Positions 9,872-19,122 of a stretch of DNA of 64,000 nt are shown in pieces. A program made the position numbers and the translations under genes. Source of the stretch: Candidatus Anstonella stagnisolia (GTDB taxonomy: Archaea > Micrarchaeota > Micrarchaeia > Anstonellales > Anstonellaceae); assembly GCA_902384585.1 (NCBI GenBank), contig CABMCJ010000004.1, forward strand, positions 322,086 to 386,085, read 5' to 3'. The number at the start of each line of letters is the position of its first letter. Position 1 is the first letter of the stretch. The notes beneath the pieces are model-generated. The model worked only from the letters and a program-made list of their open reading frames with translations, ran no database searches and was not told the origin of the DNA.

Positions 9872-10837
9872 TCAGGCAAGGGTTGCCTGCATTGCAATTT
9901 GCTCACCTATTTGTGAATCTGCGATTGCGTTGTAGCCAAGCTTTTGCAAGTGCGCTGCCATTTCCTCCCCCCTTCCAAGCGCGCACACGATTTTTTTCGG
10001 GTTCGCTGCATCTATGTATTGGAGGATTTCGGAAAAGTCAGCATGGTCGGAGAGGGGGAAGGCGCGGTCAAGGGGAAGCTGCGCATTGAGTGCCCAGCCG
10101 GTTGCGGCTGCAGTGAGCACGTTCATGTTGTAGGCTTCCGAGAGGGAGTGCGCGAGCGAAAAATTCACGGAATTCATGGGCATTATTGCGACAAATGGGT
10201 CGCGCAGCATTTCTGCGCTCTCTGCGCTGCCGCTTCGCACGCGGGAAAGGCGCACCCCTAAGGATTCGTATTTTTTGCACACGTCGTCTATGCGGCTGCT
10301 TACTATAGGGGTTATGCCACAGGAATCGTTTAGGAATTTTGTAATCTCTTGGGCTTTTCCGATTGTGTATGCGCCGAAAATAAGCGAGCTTTGGGAATTG
10401 TTTTTCCTTACCCAGTTTTCCATTTGGGAAAGTATTTCTTCGCGCGCGGGAAAGCGCATTTTCGGGTCGCCGTACGTGCTTTCCATCACAAGAGTGTCGC
10501 ACTCCTTGACTTTTGCGCCTGCGCACGTGAAGCTTTGGGAGAGCTTGAAATCGCCGGTGTATGTGAGGGTGGAGCCGTCAAGCTGCGCGTGGAGCTGGGA
10601 AGCTCCAAGCATGTGTCCTGCAGGGAGAAGGGAAATGCCTTTTGGGATTGGATGCGCGTTCTTTGCGCCCGCAAGATGCAGGGTTTCCCCCGTCGCGAAA
10701 ACGTTTTTCCTTGCGCGCACTGCCGCAGTGTGGTCGGAATGCGCGTGGGACACAAAGCACAGATTGGCCTTTGCGTGGTCGAGCGCGATTTCGTGCTCGA
10801 GGCCGGGAAGCCGAATTTTCATGTTGGGCAGAAGCAT
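9872..10837 (-). CDS. MBL-fold beta-CASP family nuclease
   Basis: SHAHSDH, AGHMLGA, YTGD, MESTYG, GKAQE and LSDHADF motifs. Confidence 0.9.
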   Translation of the reverse strand: MLLPNMKIRLPGLEHEIALDHAKANLCFVSHAHSDHTAAVRARKNVFATGETLHLAGAKNAHPIPKGISLLPAGHMLGASQLHAQLDGSTLTYTGDFKLSQSFTCAGAKVKECDTLVMESTYGDPKMRFPAREEILSQMENWVRKNNSQSSLIFGAYTIGKAQEITKFLNDSCGITPIVSSRIDDVCKKYESLGVRLSRVRSGSAESAEMLRDPFVAIMPMNSVNFSLAHSLSEAYNMNVLTAAATGWALNAQLPLDRAFPLSDHADFSEILQYIDAANPKKIVCALGRGEEMAAHLQKLGYNAIADSQIGEQIAMQATLA

Positions 10838-10894
10838 AGTGGTCGCAGGAAAGAAAGGGAGATAAGGTATAAAAGGGGTTGCTATGCGCGAAAA

Positions 10895-12091
10895 TCATTC
10901 CGTGCGCAGCGCCTCTATCGGGACCATTTCCGCCGCATTTTTCGCAGGGAAATACCCGGCGACTATTCCGATAAGGAAGGAAAAGAGCAGGCAGAAGCCT
11001 GCAAGTTCCGCGCTTGGGGAAACCGGGACCCCGAAGAAGGAGAGGATTTCTATGAGCACCAGGCCCACTACTATGCCTATTGCGCCGCCCACTATGCCTA
11101 TTATGCCGCTTTCAAAAAGGAAAATTTTCAGGATGTCGGGCTTGCGCGCGCCAACTGCCTTTAGGATGCCGATTTCAGAGTAGCGCTCAAGCACTGCCAT
11201 GAACATGGTGTTTGCGATTGTAACGCCGCCTACTACGAGGGAGATTGCGGCAATGCCGCCAAGGAAGGCGGTGAGAAGGCCGGTTATTATGCCCAGTTGC
11301 TCGGAAATGAACGCGGAGGTTATCACTGAGAAATCCTCGTTGCCCTCAAGAAGGCCGCGCCTTGCGCGCAGCGTGGATTTTATTTCCTGCGCGACTTCCT
11401 CCGCATTGTATTCGCTGTTTGCAATTATGTAAATCCCGTGTATCTCGTCCTTTGCAAGCTGGTTTCCAAGAACCTCGCGCACGTCGTCTATGGGCGCATA
11501 AATAGTTGTGTCGGTGTCGTCAAGGGTGCCACCTGTCGCCTTCATTATGCCAATCACGCGGTAGCTTTTTCCCCCGATTGTGACAACGCTGTTCACTGCA
11601 AGGTCCTTCTTGAAATAATTCTTTGCAATCTTGTCGCCAATCACTAGCACCTGCCTGTCTCCCTCTTTGAGGAACCGCCCGTCCGCGATTTCTATTGTGG
11701 AAACTGCCTTTTGGAAATTCTGGGGCTCTATCCCGATTACGGTTGCGGATAGCTGCTCGCCCTTGTAGTCCATTGCGATGCGGCCGTAAAGGTAGGGGGT
11801 GAGTATGTCGATGCCACCCGCGCGCTCAATCCATTTCATGTCCTGTATGAAAAACCTGCCGCTTTGCGGCGCGCCCGTGCCCATTGCGGAGAGCTTTCCC
11901 GGGGTGATTATTATTGTGTGCGAGCCGAAAGCATCAAGCTCCTTGTTCACGCTTGCGGAAATGCCCTGCCCTATTGAAATGAGGATGAACACGGAACAGA
12001 TGCCTATCACTACGCCAAGTATTGTGAGATAGGAACGCAGGGAACGCTGCATAAGCGCGCGCAGCGCGTACAGGAAAAGGTCCTTTTGCAT
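10895..12091 (-). CDS. ABC transporter permease, MacB/FtsX family
   Basis: RSYLTILGVVIGI, large extracytoplasmic domain, SLVVGGVTIANTM..ERYSEIGILKAVGA, PIEALR. Confidence 0.92.
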   Translation of the reverse strand: MQKDLFLYALRALMQRSLRSYLTILGVVIGICSVFILISIGQGISASVNKELDAFGSHTIIITPGKLSAMGTGAPQSGRFFIQDMKWIERAGGIDILTPYLYGRIAMDYKGEQLSATVIGIEPQNFQKAVSTIEIADGRFLKEGDRQVLVIGDKIAKNYFKKDLAVNSVVTIGGKSYRVIGIMKATGGTLDDTDTTIYAPIDDVREVLGNQLAKDEIHGIYIIANSEYNAEEVAQEIKSTLRARRGLLEGNEDFSVITSAFISEQLGIITGLLTAFLGGIAAISLVVGGVTIANTMFMAVLERYSEIGILKAVGARKPDILKIFLFESGIIGIVGGAIGIVVGLVLIEILSFFGVPVSPSAELAGFCLLFSFLIGIVAGYFPAKNAAEMVPIEALRTE

Positions 12092-12116
12092 CTTAACCCT
12101 TGGTGCGTTGGATTAT

Positions 12117-12635
12117 TTAGTCGTCCGAGCGGTGCGAGGAAAGCTCGTGCTCGAGCTTGTCAAGCTGGCGCGAGATGCGCTCCATTACCTGGCGGATGCC
12201 CGCAACCTCGTGCTTTATGCTCTGCAGGTATACCTTGTCAAATACGATTGTGGGCTTTGGAAGCGGCACCTCCTGCATGTGCGGCTGCGATGAAAGCTTG
12301 AGCTCGTTCACGGAATTCTCAACTGCGTGCGAGATTTCAGGGATTGGGATGGGTGCGGGCCTAAGCTCTGCGTGGAACTCCTCCTTTGCGCGCGAGGGCT
12401 TTGCCTTTGCGGCTTTTGAAGGCTTTGCCTTTTTCCCCTCTGCCTTTTCCGCACGCTTGAGCTCCATGCGCGCCCCCTTTATCCACTTCTTTATGTTGGA
12501 GAAGGGCGCGAACTTGTTGCTCTTTGTCTTCTTGTAAACTTCGTCGCGGATTTCCTTGAGCTTGTCCTCGTTTATAACTTGGCCTTCCCACCTTTTGAGC
12601 TTCGCGCTTACAATCGAGAGTATTTTTTCGTCCAT
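12117..12635 (-). CDS. Hypothetical protein (Lys/Ala-rich linker, C-terminal coiled coil)
   Basis: AGGTGA SD before ATG 12635. Confidence 0.65.
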   Translation of the reverse strand: MDEKILSIVSAKLKRWEGQVINEDKLKEIRDEVYKKTKSNKFAPFSNIKKWIKGARMELKRAEKAEGKKAKPSKAAKAKPSRAKEEFHAELRPAPIPIPEISHAVENSVNELKLSSQPHMQEVPLPKPTIVFDKVYLQSIKHEVAGIRQVMERISRQLDKLEHELSSHRSDD

Positions 12636-12772
12636 TAATATCACCTTGTATTTTTTTGGTCTTTTTTAGAATAAGATTTCCATAAGTGTACTGCATTGGG
12701 GATAGGTTGTTTATATAGATATATCAGGAAAAATAATGAAAAAATACGAAATAACACAGAAACAATGGAATG

Positions 12773-13279
12773 CTACTTTATCGTGATGCTGTCCGCAAAG
12801 GGGAGGGAGCGCAGCTTTCTTATCACAACCGGGCTGAGCTTGCCGTCTATTATTATGGTGAGCACGGGGTCTGGAAAGATGTAGGGGTCGTCTGTTACGA
12901 TTTGGCGGATAAGTATGCCGTTTTCCGATAGGACCTTTGTTGCTGTTGAAACTATGTTCTTGCTCTTTGCGTCCGCGCGTATTTCTACGGAGTCGCAGCC
13001 AAGCGCACGCGCAGCGTCTGCCAAGAAAGCGCGGGGCTGCAGGCGGCAGAATATCTGCAGGAGCCGGGGGTCTTTTGAAATGTCCTTTGCGGTTTCTATC
13101 ACAACGCGGCGGTCTATGTTGAGCGCACGTGCGATTTTTGCAGGCTGCACCTCTATATTGCCAAAGTATATTGTGCCCTCCTTGTCCACGCGCATCCCAA
13201 GCTTGAGCATTTCAGTTGCAACAAGCTTGCGCCCGTATGCGCGCGCAAAAAAGTCCTCCAAAAGCCTAAGCATGCACAC
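12773..13279 (-). CDS. Archaeal regulator of amino acid metabolism with ACT domain (COG2150-like)
   Basis: KIARALNIDRRVV HTH and IRQIVTDDP ACT-like C-terminus. Confidence 0.85.
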   Translation of the reverse strand: MCMLRLLEDFFARAYGRKLVATEMLKLGMRVDKEGTIYFGNIEVQPAKIARALNIDRRVVIETAKDISKDPRLLQIFCRLQPRAFLADAARALGCDSVEIRADAKSKNIVSTATKVLSENGILIRQIVTDDPYIFPDPVLTIIIDGKLSPVVIRKLRSLPFADSITIK

Positions 13280-13346
13280 TTTTGTGCATTTAGGTTAAAA
13301 AGTGTTTTGGTCAGGATTAGTCTTCGCCTTCCTTGTAAAGGGTTGG

Positions 13347-13730
13347 TTATTTTGGTTCGTAAAGCTCAATTGGAATCCCGTCAGGGTCGCGCAGGAAACA
13401 GAACCATGCGCATGTTGTGCCCTTTACGGGTTTGTCTATGTCAATGCCCTTTCTTTTCAATTCCGCGTATTTTTCCTTAACGCTATTGACTTGGATGCTT
13501 ATGTGCCTAAGCCCGATTAGCTTGAGGTTCGAGCAATCGTCTTTGCCTTTTATTGAACTCTTGAATTGGAAAATCTCCAGCTGCATGCCTTCCAGTTGCA
13601 TGATGGTTGCGCTGCCGTCCCAATCGGGTTTTGTGAAAGTGCGGATTTGCGAAAACCCAAAATTTTCCTTATAGAAAGTGGCTGTTGTTTTTGCGTCCTT
13701 TACGGTAATTGCGATGTGGTGCACTCTCAT
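13347..13730 (-). CDS. VOC family (glyoxalase-like) protein
   Basis: HHIAITV, GLRHISIQV and FLRDPDGIPIELYE motifs. Confidence 0.92.
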   Translation of the reverse strand: MRVHHIAITVKDAKTTATFYKENFGFSQIRTFTKPDWDGSATIMQLEGMQLEIFQFKSSIKGKDDCSNLKLIGLRHISIQVNSVKEKYAELKRKGIDIDKPVKGTTCAWFCFLRDPDGIPIELYEPK

Positions 13731-13731
13731 T

Positions 13732-14397
13732 TTAGCCGTCCTCCTCTTCTTTGTAAAGTGTTGTGAGTATTTTTCTTATTTCTTTCGCTTTCTTTTCTCC
13801 CATCTTTTCCACTTGTGCGAGTTCGCTTTCAGGCGCGGTTACCACGTTCTCTATTGTGTAGAAATACTTGAGTAGGGATTTTGCGAGCGTGGGGCCAACC
13901 CCTGGGAGGGACTCTATTATGCCCCGCTGCGCCTGCGCGGAAGTGAAGGCTTTCTTTTTTGCGAATACGCGCAGGGTGGATTTTCTTGCGAGCTGCTCGT
14001 GCTTTGCGAGCGCGAATACGAGTTCTGCGGTTGCGTCAAGGGAGCGCGTGAAGAAGAGCGAGCAGCCGTAATCCGTCATTATTGCGGAGTATGTGCCTAA
14101 GAGGGCTGCTCTGGAAAGGCGGGTTTCCTTGGGTGCATCGCCCTCTATGATGACAATTGCGCATTCGTAGTTTTGCTTCATTTGGGAGAGCTGGGAGAAT
14201 AGGCGTCCGTCTAGAATAGAGCTCTCGAAATCGCTCCTTGTTTTCCGTTCTATGCATGTGCGTTCCGAGGTAAGGAAATCCCCTATTTCGAGGGTGCGCA
14301 CTTCCACTATTGCATTTAGGGAAGAAAGCTGCTCTTTTACGCCGGAGCGCTCCCTTTCGTCCACTACAATATGTGGGTAATCTTGTTGGGCAGGCAT
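13732..14397 (-). CDS. ERCC4/XPF nuclease, short form (nuclease plus HhH2, no helicase domain)
   Basis: VVDERE, GDF..ERKT..DF, GRLFSQ and LPGVG HhH motifs. Confidence 0.9.
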   Translation of the reverse strand: MPAQQDYPHIVVDERERSGVKEQLSSLNAIVEVRTLEIGDFLTSERTCIERKTRSDFESSILDGRLFSQLSQMKQNYECAIVIIEGDAPKETRLSRAALLGTYSAIMTDYGCSLFFTRSLDATAELVFALAKHEQLARKSTLRVFAKKKAFTSAQAQRGIIESLPGVGPTLAKSLLKYFYTIENVVTAPESELAQVEKMGEKKAKEIRKILTTLYKEEEDG

Positions 14398-14467
14398 ATT
14401 ATCACTGTTGCAAAAAATGATTTTAAGAAGGGAAAAGTTGGGTTGGATTTACGTCGGATGAACATAT

Positions 14468-14505
14468 GTATTTATAAATACTAGCATGACTAAGTCATGA
14501 TAGTA
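14468..14505. promoter_or_regulatory. TATA-containing palindrome followed by a 27-bp dyad (candidate operator)
   Basis: GTATTTATAAATAC (14468-14481) and TACTAgCATGACT-A-AGTCATGaTAGTA (14479-14505) between divergent genes. Confidence 0.55.
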
Positions 14506-14597
14506 CATTGACATCATCGCGAAACAAACGCGCTCGCGATGGAAAACTGCGATACACCCATATCAAGTCACACAAGTGAAAATGCTTGGATGAGTTT

Positions 14598-15095
14598 ATG
14601 CAAAACGAAGAGAATGCTTATAAAACAGATGCAAATGAGGCAGCCTACAAGCTCGTTGGGGACACGCGGGAGGAGATAAAGAGGGAAGCCCTCTCAATGG
14701 CGGAAAAGCTCAACGACCCGGTAATACTGGGCGCTCTCATGTACCGCACGGTGCAGGAGAAGGAGAATGCGAACCGGTTGCTCAAGAGCATACTTGAGAA
14801 GATTGATGCAAAGTTTGCACAGATGGATGAGAGGATTGGAAGGCTGGAAGAGAAGCTGAAGACGGAAAATCGGATGGAAACTGAAATGGCAGGGGAAGAG
14901 ATTCTCCTTCCAAAGCAGGATGAGGACATACTCGGGCTGGTAAGAAGGAAAGGGCACGTGTGCGCGGAAGAAGTGAGGAAGGAATTCGGGTATAAGGGGC
15001 CCAACGCCGCAAGCGCAAGGCTCTCAAAACTGTACCAGATGGGCTTGCTGCAAAAGCAGCAGGTCGGAAGGAGAGTGTATTACAAAATGAAATGA
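14598..15095 (+). CDS. Coiled-coil protein with C-terminal winged-helix DNA-binding domain
   Basis: C-terminal VCAEEVRKEFGYKGPNAASARLSKLYQMGLLQKQQVGRRVYY wHTH pattern. Confidence 0.75.
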   Translation: MQNEENAYKTDANEAAYKLVGDTREEIKREALSMAEKLNDPVILGALMYRTVQEKENANRLLKSILEKIDAKFAQMDERIGRLEEKLKTENRMETEMAGEEILLPKQDEDILGLVRRKGHVCAEEVRKEFGYKGPNAASARLSKLYQMGLLQKQQVGRRVYYKMK

Positions 15096-15130
15096 ATCAC
15101 GCTTGCAAAGTGTGCAAGGCGACCAAACAC

Positions 15131-15196
15131 TTATTTTGGAGGGGCGGCTGCCATAATTCACCTCCCACCTATTTTTAGCCGCCCCTCCTAAAATAA
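15131..15196. promoter_or_regulatory. Long inverted repeat in the leader of the dehydrogenase gene
   Basis: TTATTTTGGAGGGGCGGCT ... AGCCGCCCCTCCTAAAATAA with a 27-nt loop. Confidence 0.7.
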
Positions 15197-15229
15197 TTGT
15201 AAAAGTGTTGGAGCCAAATCGGTGGGAAA

Positions 15230-16240
15230 ATGAAAATCGTATTTTTTGAGGCAGACAAGCTGGAAAGGGATTACATAAGCGCGAATTTTCCCTCTAAAGG
15301 GAACACAGTAATTTTTGAGAAAAAGCAGATTAGCGTCTTTGCTGCAAAAAAATATTCGGATGCGCAGATTATTTCGGTTTTTGCATTTTCAAGGGTGGGG
15401 GCGGACGAGCTGGATGCGCTTCCTAAATTGAAGGCGATATGCACGCGCTCAACAGGGTTTGACCATATTGATGTTGCGGAATGCAAAAGGCGGGGCATTA
15501 GCGTGCACAACGTGCCCACTTACGGGGAGGAAACCGTTGCGGAGTTCACTTTTGCGCTCATACTTTCGCTTTCAAGGAAGATTGTAAAAGCAAATGAACG
15601 GGTGAGGCGCGCGGACTATGAGCTTAAGGGGCTGCGCGGGTTTGACTTGGAAGGGAAGACGCTGGGAGTGATTGGGGCTGGGCATATTGGACAGAATGTG
15701 GTGAGGATTGCGCACGGGTTTGGGATGAAGGTGCTTGTGCACGACCCGTTTGCGGAAAAAACGCTTGCAAAGAAATTGAAATTTGAGATTGTTGGACTGG
15801 ACAAATTGCTCTCAAGCTCCGACATAATCTCCCTGCATGCGCCCTACAACAAGGGAACGCACCATATAATAGGGATGCAAAACATACGCAAGGTGAAGAA
15901 GGGCGCGCTTCTCATAAATACTTCAAGGGGGCCTCTTCTGGAAACTGATGCTGTCCTTTACGGGCTGCAAAATGGGATACTTGGGGGCGCAGGATTGGAC
16001 GTAATTGAAGAGGAGAAATTCATGCGCGAAAGCTGCTCTGTGCTTTCCTCTTCAAGAGCTGCAAACGAATGCAGCCTGAGGAACGCGGTAATAGACCATG
16101 TGCTGCGCGAGCGGGAGGACGTGATAATGACGCCGCACTGCGCGTTTGATACAACGGATGCGATGCTGAGGATTGTGCACACTACGATTGAGAACATAAA
16201 GGCGGTTTCAAAAGGAAAGAAAATTAATGTTGTAAATTAA
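15230..16240 (+). CDS. D-2-hydroxyacid dehydrogenase (D-lactate dehydrogenase-like)
   Basis: RSTGFDHID, GVIGAGHIG, INTSRG, GLDV and TPHCAF motifs. Confidence 0.92.
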   Translation: MKIVFFEADKLERDYISANFPSKGNTVIFEKKQISVFAAKKYSDAQIISVFAFSRVGADELDALPKLKAICTRSTGFDHIDVAECKRRGISVHNVPTYGEETVAEFTFALILSLSRKIVKANERVRRADYELKGLRGFDLEGKTLGVIGAGHIGQNVVRIAHGFGMKVLVHDPFAEKTLAKKLKFEIVGLDKLLSSSDIISLHAPYNKGTHHIIGMQNIRKVKKGALLINTSRGPLLETDAVLYGLQNGILGGAGLDVIEEEKFMRESCSVLSSSRAANECSLRNAVIDHVLREREDVIMTPHCAFDTTDAMLRIVHTTIENIKAVSKGKKINVVN

Positions 16241-16293
16241 AGAAATCCAGAACTAATTTAAAAGTTCTTGGAGAATAGAGGCGTGGGTTGGAC

Positions 16294-17175
16294 ATGAGCG
16301 AGGAAACTATAATAATTACGAACCGCGAGCTTGTTGATTTTACGGTGCTGAGCAGGAAGAAGACTGAGAATGAATTTAGGCGCGACTTTTTGATGCGAAA
16401 CGGCGCAAAAGAGGATGATTTCCATGTGCGCGCAGTATCAGACCTTGTTGGGGAAATAGAGGCAAAATTGAAACCAATACGCGCAAAGCTGGAAGTTGTT
16501 GACCTTGCGACGGTTGTACCAAGGAGAAAAGAGATTGATGCCATTACTGCGGAAATAAATTCACATTCAAAAGCAGAGCTTGATGATGCGATTACGAAGA
16601 AGGCGGGCCCTGTGTACGAGAAAATGAAGCAGAGGGCAGTGCTTACAAAAGGTAATTTTGACAGGAGGGAGGATATTGCACGCCTCACTGTGCTTGCGAA
16701 TTCGCTTCCACGACAGGACTGCGAAGCGCTTTGCAGGATGGTGGAGAGCAATGAAGGAGAGGCAGTGGACGTTGGGATGCTCTCGGAAGGGAAAAGAAAG
16801 GAGATTACGGTGCTTGCTGCACGGCTTGGATGCCACCTGAATGTGGATGGGACAAGGCTTGTGAGGGAGGAAAGGCCAAAGGAGAGTTCTGAAACCGAGA
16901 GGACGATTATGGGCAAGGGATGCGTGTGGATTGCAAACGAGAAGCTCTCGGAATTTGACGAGAACGAGAAGAAAATCGCACTTTTTGGAAGGCAGATGCA
17001 GGAAAGGACTGCGCAAAGGCAGGTTCGCACGTTTGAAGGGGAAGAGCAGAAAGCGTTTGATGAGCTGCAAAGAGGGTACATTGAGGCGCTAAATGCACGA
17101 AGCGCGTTCCTTGAGAGCGCGGAAGAGAAAGTCGTGATGGCGAAGAGGGGGGACGGGATACAGAAACTGCTTTAG
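16294..17175 (+). CDS. Hypothetical coiled-coil protein
   Basis: Long Glu/Lys-rich ORF with host-like codon usage. Confidence 0.7.
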   Translation: MSEETIIITNRELVDFTVLSRKKTENEFRRDFLMRNGAKEDDFHVRAVSDLVGEIEAKLKPIRAKLEVVDLATVVPRRKEIDAITAEINSHSKAELDDAITKKAGPVYEKMKQRAVLTKGNFDRREDIARLTVLANSLPRQDCEALCRMVESNEGEAVDVGMLSEGKRKEITVLAARLGCHLNVDGTRLVREERPKESSETERTIMGKGCVWIANEKLSEFDENEKKIALFGRQMQERTAQRQVRTFEGEEQKAFDELQRGYIEALNARSAFLESAEEKVVMAKRGDGIQKLL

Positions 17176-17196
17176 GGATGCGCATTTTTGCAAGAC

Positions 17197-18054
17197 TCAA
17201 CGCATTAATGGAGTATTTATACAAATAAGGGCAGGATTTGTTGCTTTTCTCATTACCTGTTTTCTTTGTGCCCTGAATACTTTTTCCCTGTGCAATGAAC
17301 GGAGGATTGCTGCCTTGCTGCTGCGGTCTTCAATGAGAGCCCTAGCATTTTTAGCCTCGGAAAGTTGGGCGCTTTCCCTTCCTGTCCTGTATGCTCGTTC
17401 AAATTCAAGCCAAAGCCCCCTGTCCAAAGAAAGCAGTTTCCAACCTTGTATTTGATAATTCAAGGCGCGCTCGAGGCCATATCCGCGAACCATCTCAAAA
17501 AATCTTTGTGCAGGGCCTGAGCATGAAAACTCAGTTTCTTCGCCCGCTTTGGAAAACATGAAATTTAGGGCACGCATTTTTATCGCCCTTTGCCCGGAGA
17601 CTAATCCTGAATCGCTTATGTGGCCTTTTTCGATGCATGGATAAATTGACATTTTTACATCGTTGCCATTTATTTTTTCTGAAAGCCCGCGAATCATCTC
17701 ATCGATGTGTTTTTTTCCAAGTTCTCCGCTTAAATCCGCATCTATAGTGATGAGTATGTCTGCTTTGTTCCTTGCGCAATAGAGCGCGCCCTGCAAAAAG
17801 GCATTGCCCTTGCCCTGCTTTTGCGCAATTTCAAGCACATTTGCCCCGCATTCTTTTGCGACTGCCGCGGTGTCGTCAGTAGAGCCATCGTTTATTACCA
17901 GAAAGCCTGAAATTGCGCCTTCTTTCAGGAGCCTTAGCCCACTTTGGGCTATCCGCGCGATTGTTTTTTCTTCATTGTAAGCAGGGACTATGAGCATTAT
18001 TTTTGGGTTTGGAGTTGCGGGCGTGATGAATTCTTCTGCGGAGGGAGTCGACAT
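17197..18054 (-). CDS. Glycosyltransferase family 2
   Basis: IVPAYNEE, INDGSTD, GKGNA and IDAD motifs. Confidence 0.85.
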   Translation of the reverse strand: MSTPSAEEFITPATPNPKIMLIVPAYNEEKTIARIAQSGLRLLKEGAISGFLVINDGSTDDTAAVAKECGANVLEIAQKQGKGNAFLQGALYCARNKADILITIDADLSGELGKKHIDEMIRGLSEKINGNDVKMSIYPCIEKGHISDSGLVSGQRAIKMRALNFMFSKAGEETEFSCSGPAQRFFEMVRGYGLERALNYQIQGWKLLSLDRGLWLEFERAYRTGRESAQLSEAKNARALIEDRSSKAAILRSLHREKVFRAQRKQVMRKATNPALICINTPLMR

Positions 18055-18151
18055 GTTATATAGTATGAAGAAACGTATATTTAAAATATACGGATGCAGA
18101 GAACAAACACTTTTAAGCTCTTTTTCCGTATATTAATGACCAGCCGCTTAG

Positions 18152-18258
18152 GGGCCGATAGCTTAGCCTGGTTGGAGCGTTCGACTGATAAATTTTTGCC
18201 CTCAGGGGCGAAAACTTTTGAAATCGAAAGGTCGGGAGTTCAAATCTCCTTCGGCCCA
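18152..18258 (+). tRNA. tRNA-Ile(GAT) with a 32-nt intron at 37/38 (18191-18222)
   Basis: Acceptor GGGCCGA/TCGGCCC; anticodon arm TTCGA-CT GAT A|A-TCGAA; T loop GTTCAAATC. Confidence 0.92.
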
Positions 18259-18263
18259 TAGAC

Positions 18264-18327
18264 AAACCTCATAGGGGGGCTAGCGCCCCCCTTGCGGTTT
18301 TTCCTTGATTTCCCCTTCACCCCCCTC
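18264..18327. repeat. GC-rich palindromic element downstream of tRNA-Ile
   Basis: AAACC..AGGGGGGC-TAGC-GCCCCCCT..GGTTT plus an adjacent C-run; resembles the hairpins at 2472 and 60332. Confidence 0.65.
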
Positions 18328-18341
18328 AAAGAAGGTTAGCC

Positions 18342-18461
18342 ATGGACAACGACGATGTTTACAAGCCGTGCCCGCAGTGCGATACCATGATGAATGCAAT
18401 TAGGGGCAGCAAGAATGCGAAGTGCCCAAACTGCGGATTCAAGGACTCGTGCTGTTTCTAG
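18342..18461 (+). CDS. Small CPxCG-type zinc finger protein (39 aa)
   Basis: Manual translation MDNDDVYKPCPQCDTMMNAIRGSKNAKCPNCGFKDSCCF*; below the ORF-track cutoff. Confidence 0.8.
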   Translation: MDNDDVYKPCPQCDTMMNAIRGSKNAKCPNCGFKDSCCF

Positions 18462-18489
18462 ATGGAAAAGCGCGCCCGGATTGCTGTTT

Positions 18490-19062
18490 CTAGATGAAGT
18501 ATCCGCCCAAGTAGAAGCCAGTATAGGCGATAAAGAGGTACTTTACTATTTTTCCCGCGATTGTTGCAAGCAGGAATTTCCAGAGCGGCATTTTTATTGC
18601 GCCTGCCGCAATCCCTGCAATATCCAGCACGGGATTTGGAAGCGCAGAGAGGACGAAAATTGCGGGCATTCCGTATTTTTGCAATCCTTTCTTGTGCTGC
18701 AGATAGATTTTTGTGTGCGAAACCTTGCTGCTGCCGGAATATCCTACGAGGTAGCTTGTGAGTTCGCCTATTCCTGAGCCAACACCTGCAACAAAGCCCA
18801 CAAGCAGCGGGTTGAGGAATGCGCTCATTGCAAAAATTATTGCAAACCCTGGGGCTGGGAGGAACATTGTTGCACTGGAAACGAGTGCGATTATGAAAAC
18901 TCCAGGATATCCGAGCTGTATGAATAGTTCTGAATTCTTGGAAAATTCCGAGGAAAGCACGAATGCGCCAATTGAGATGCCGATTGCAAAAAGTAGCGTG
19001 AAAAGGCTTTTTGCATTTTCAAGCGTGAGGAGGCTTTTCTTTTTCATGCTGTTCTTTTTCAT
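18490..19062 (-). CDS. DedA/VTT (SNARE-associated) membrane protein
   Basis: FLPAPG, GSGIGELTSYLVG and LPNPVLDIAGIAAG motifs; start re-assigned to ATG 19062. Confidence 0.88.
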   Translation of the reverse strand: MKKNSMKKKSLLTLENAKSLFTLLFAIGISIGAFVLSSEFSKNSELFIQLGYPGVFIIALVSSATMFLPAPGFAIIFAMSAFLNPLLVGFVAGVGSGIGELTSYLVGYSGSSKVSHTKIYLQHKKGLQKYGMPAIFVLSALPNPVLDIAGIAAGAIKMPLWKFLLATIAGKIVKYLFIAYTGFYLGGYFI

Positions 19063-19122
19063 ATGAGGGGAGTTTGCACGGCAAGGTTTTAAAGAATTGC
19101 AAGCAAATCGAGTGTGATAGAT

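Noticed and set aside
10895..12091. ABC permease without an adjacent ATPase as a novel system
   Set aside because: Partners are often encoded elsewhere in streamlined genomes; this cannot be judged from one window.
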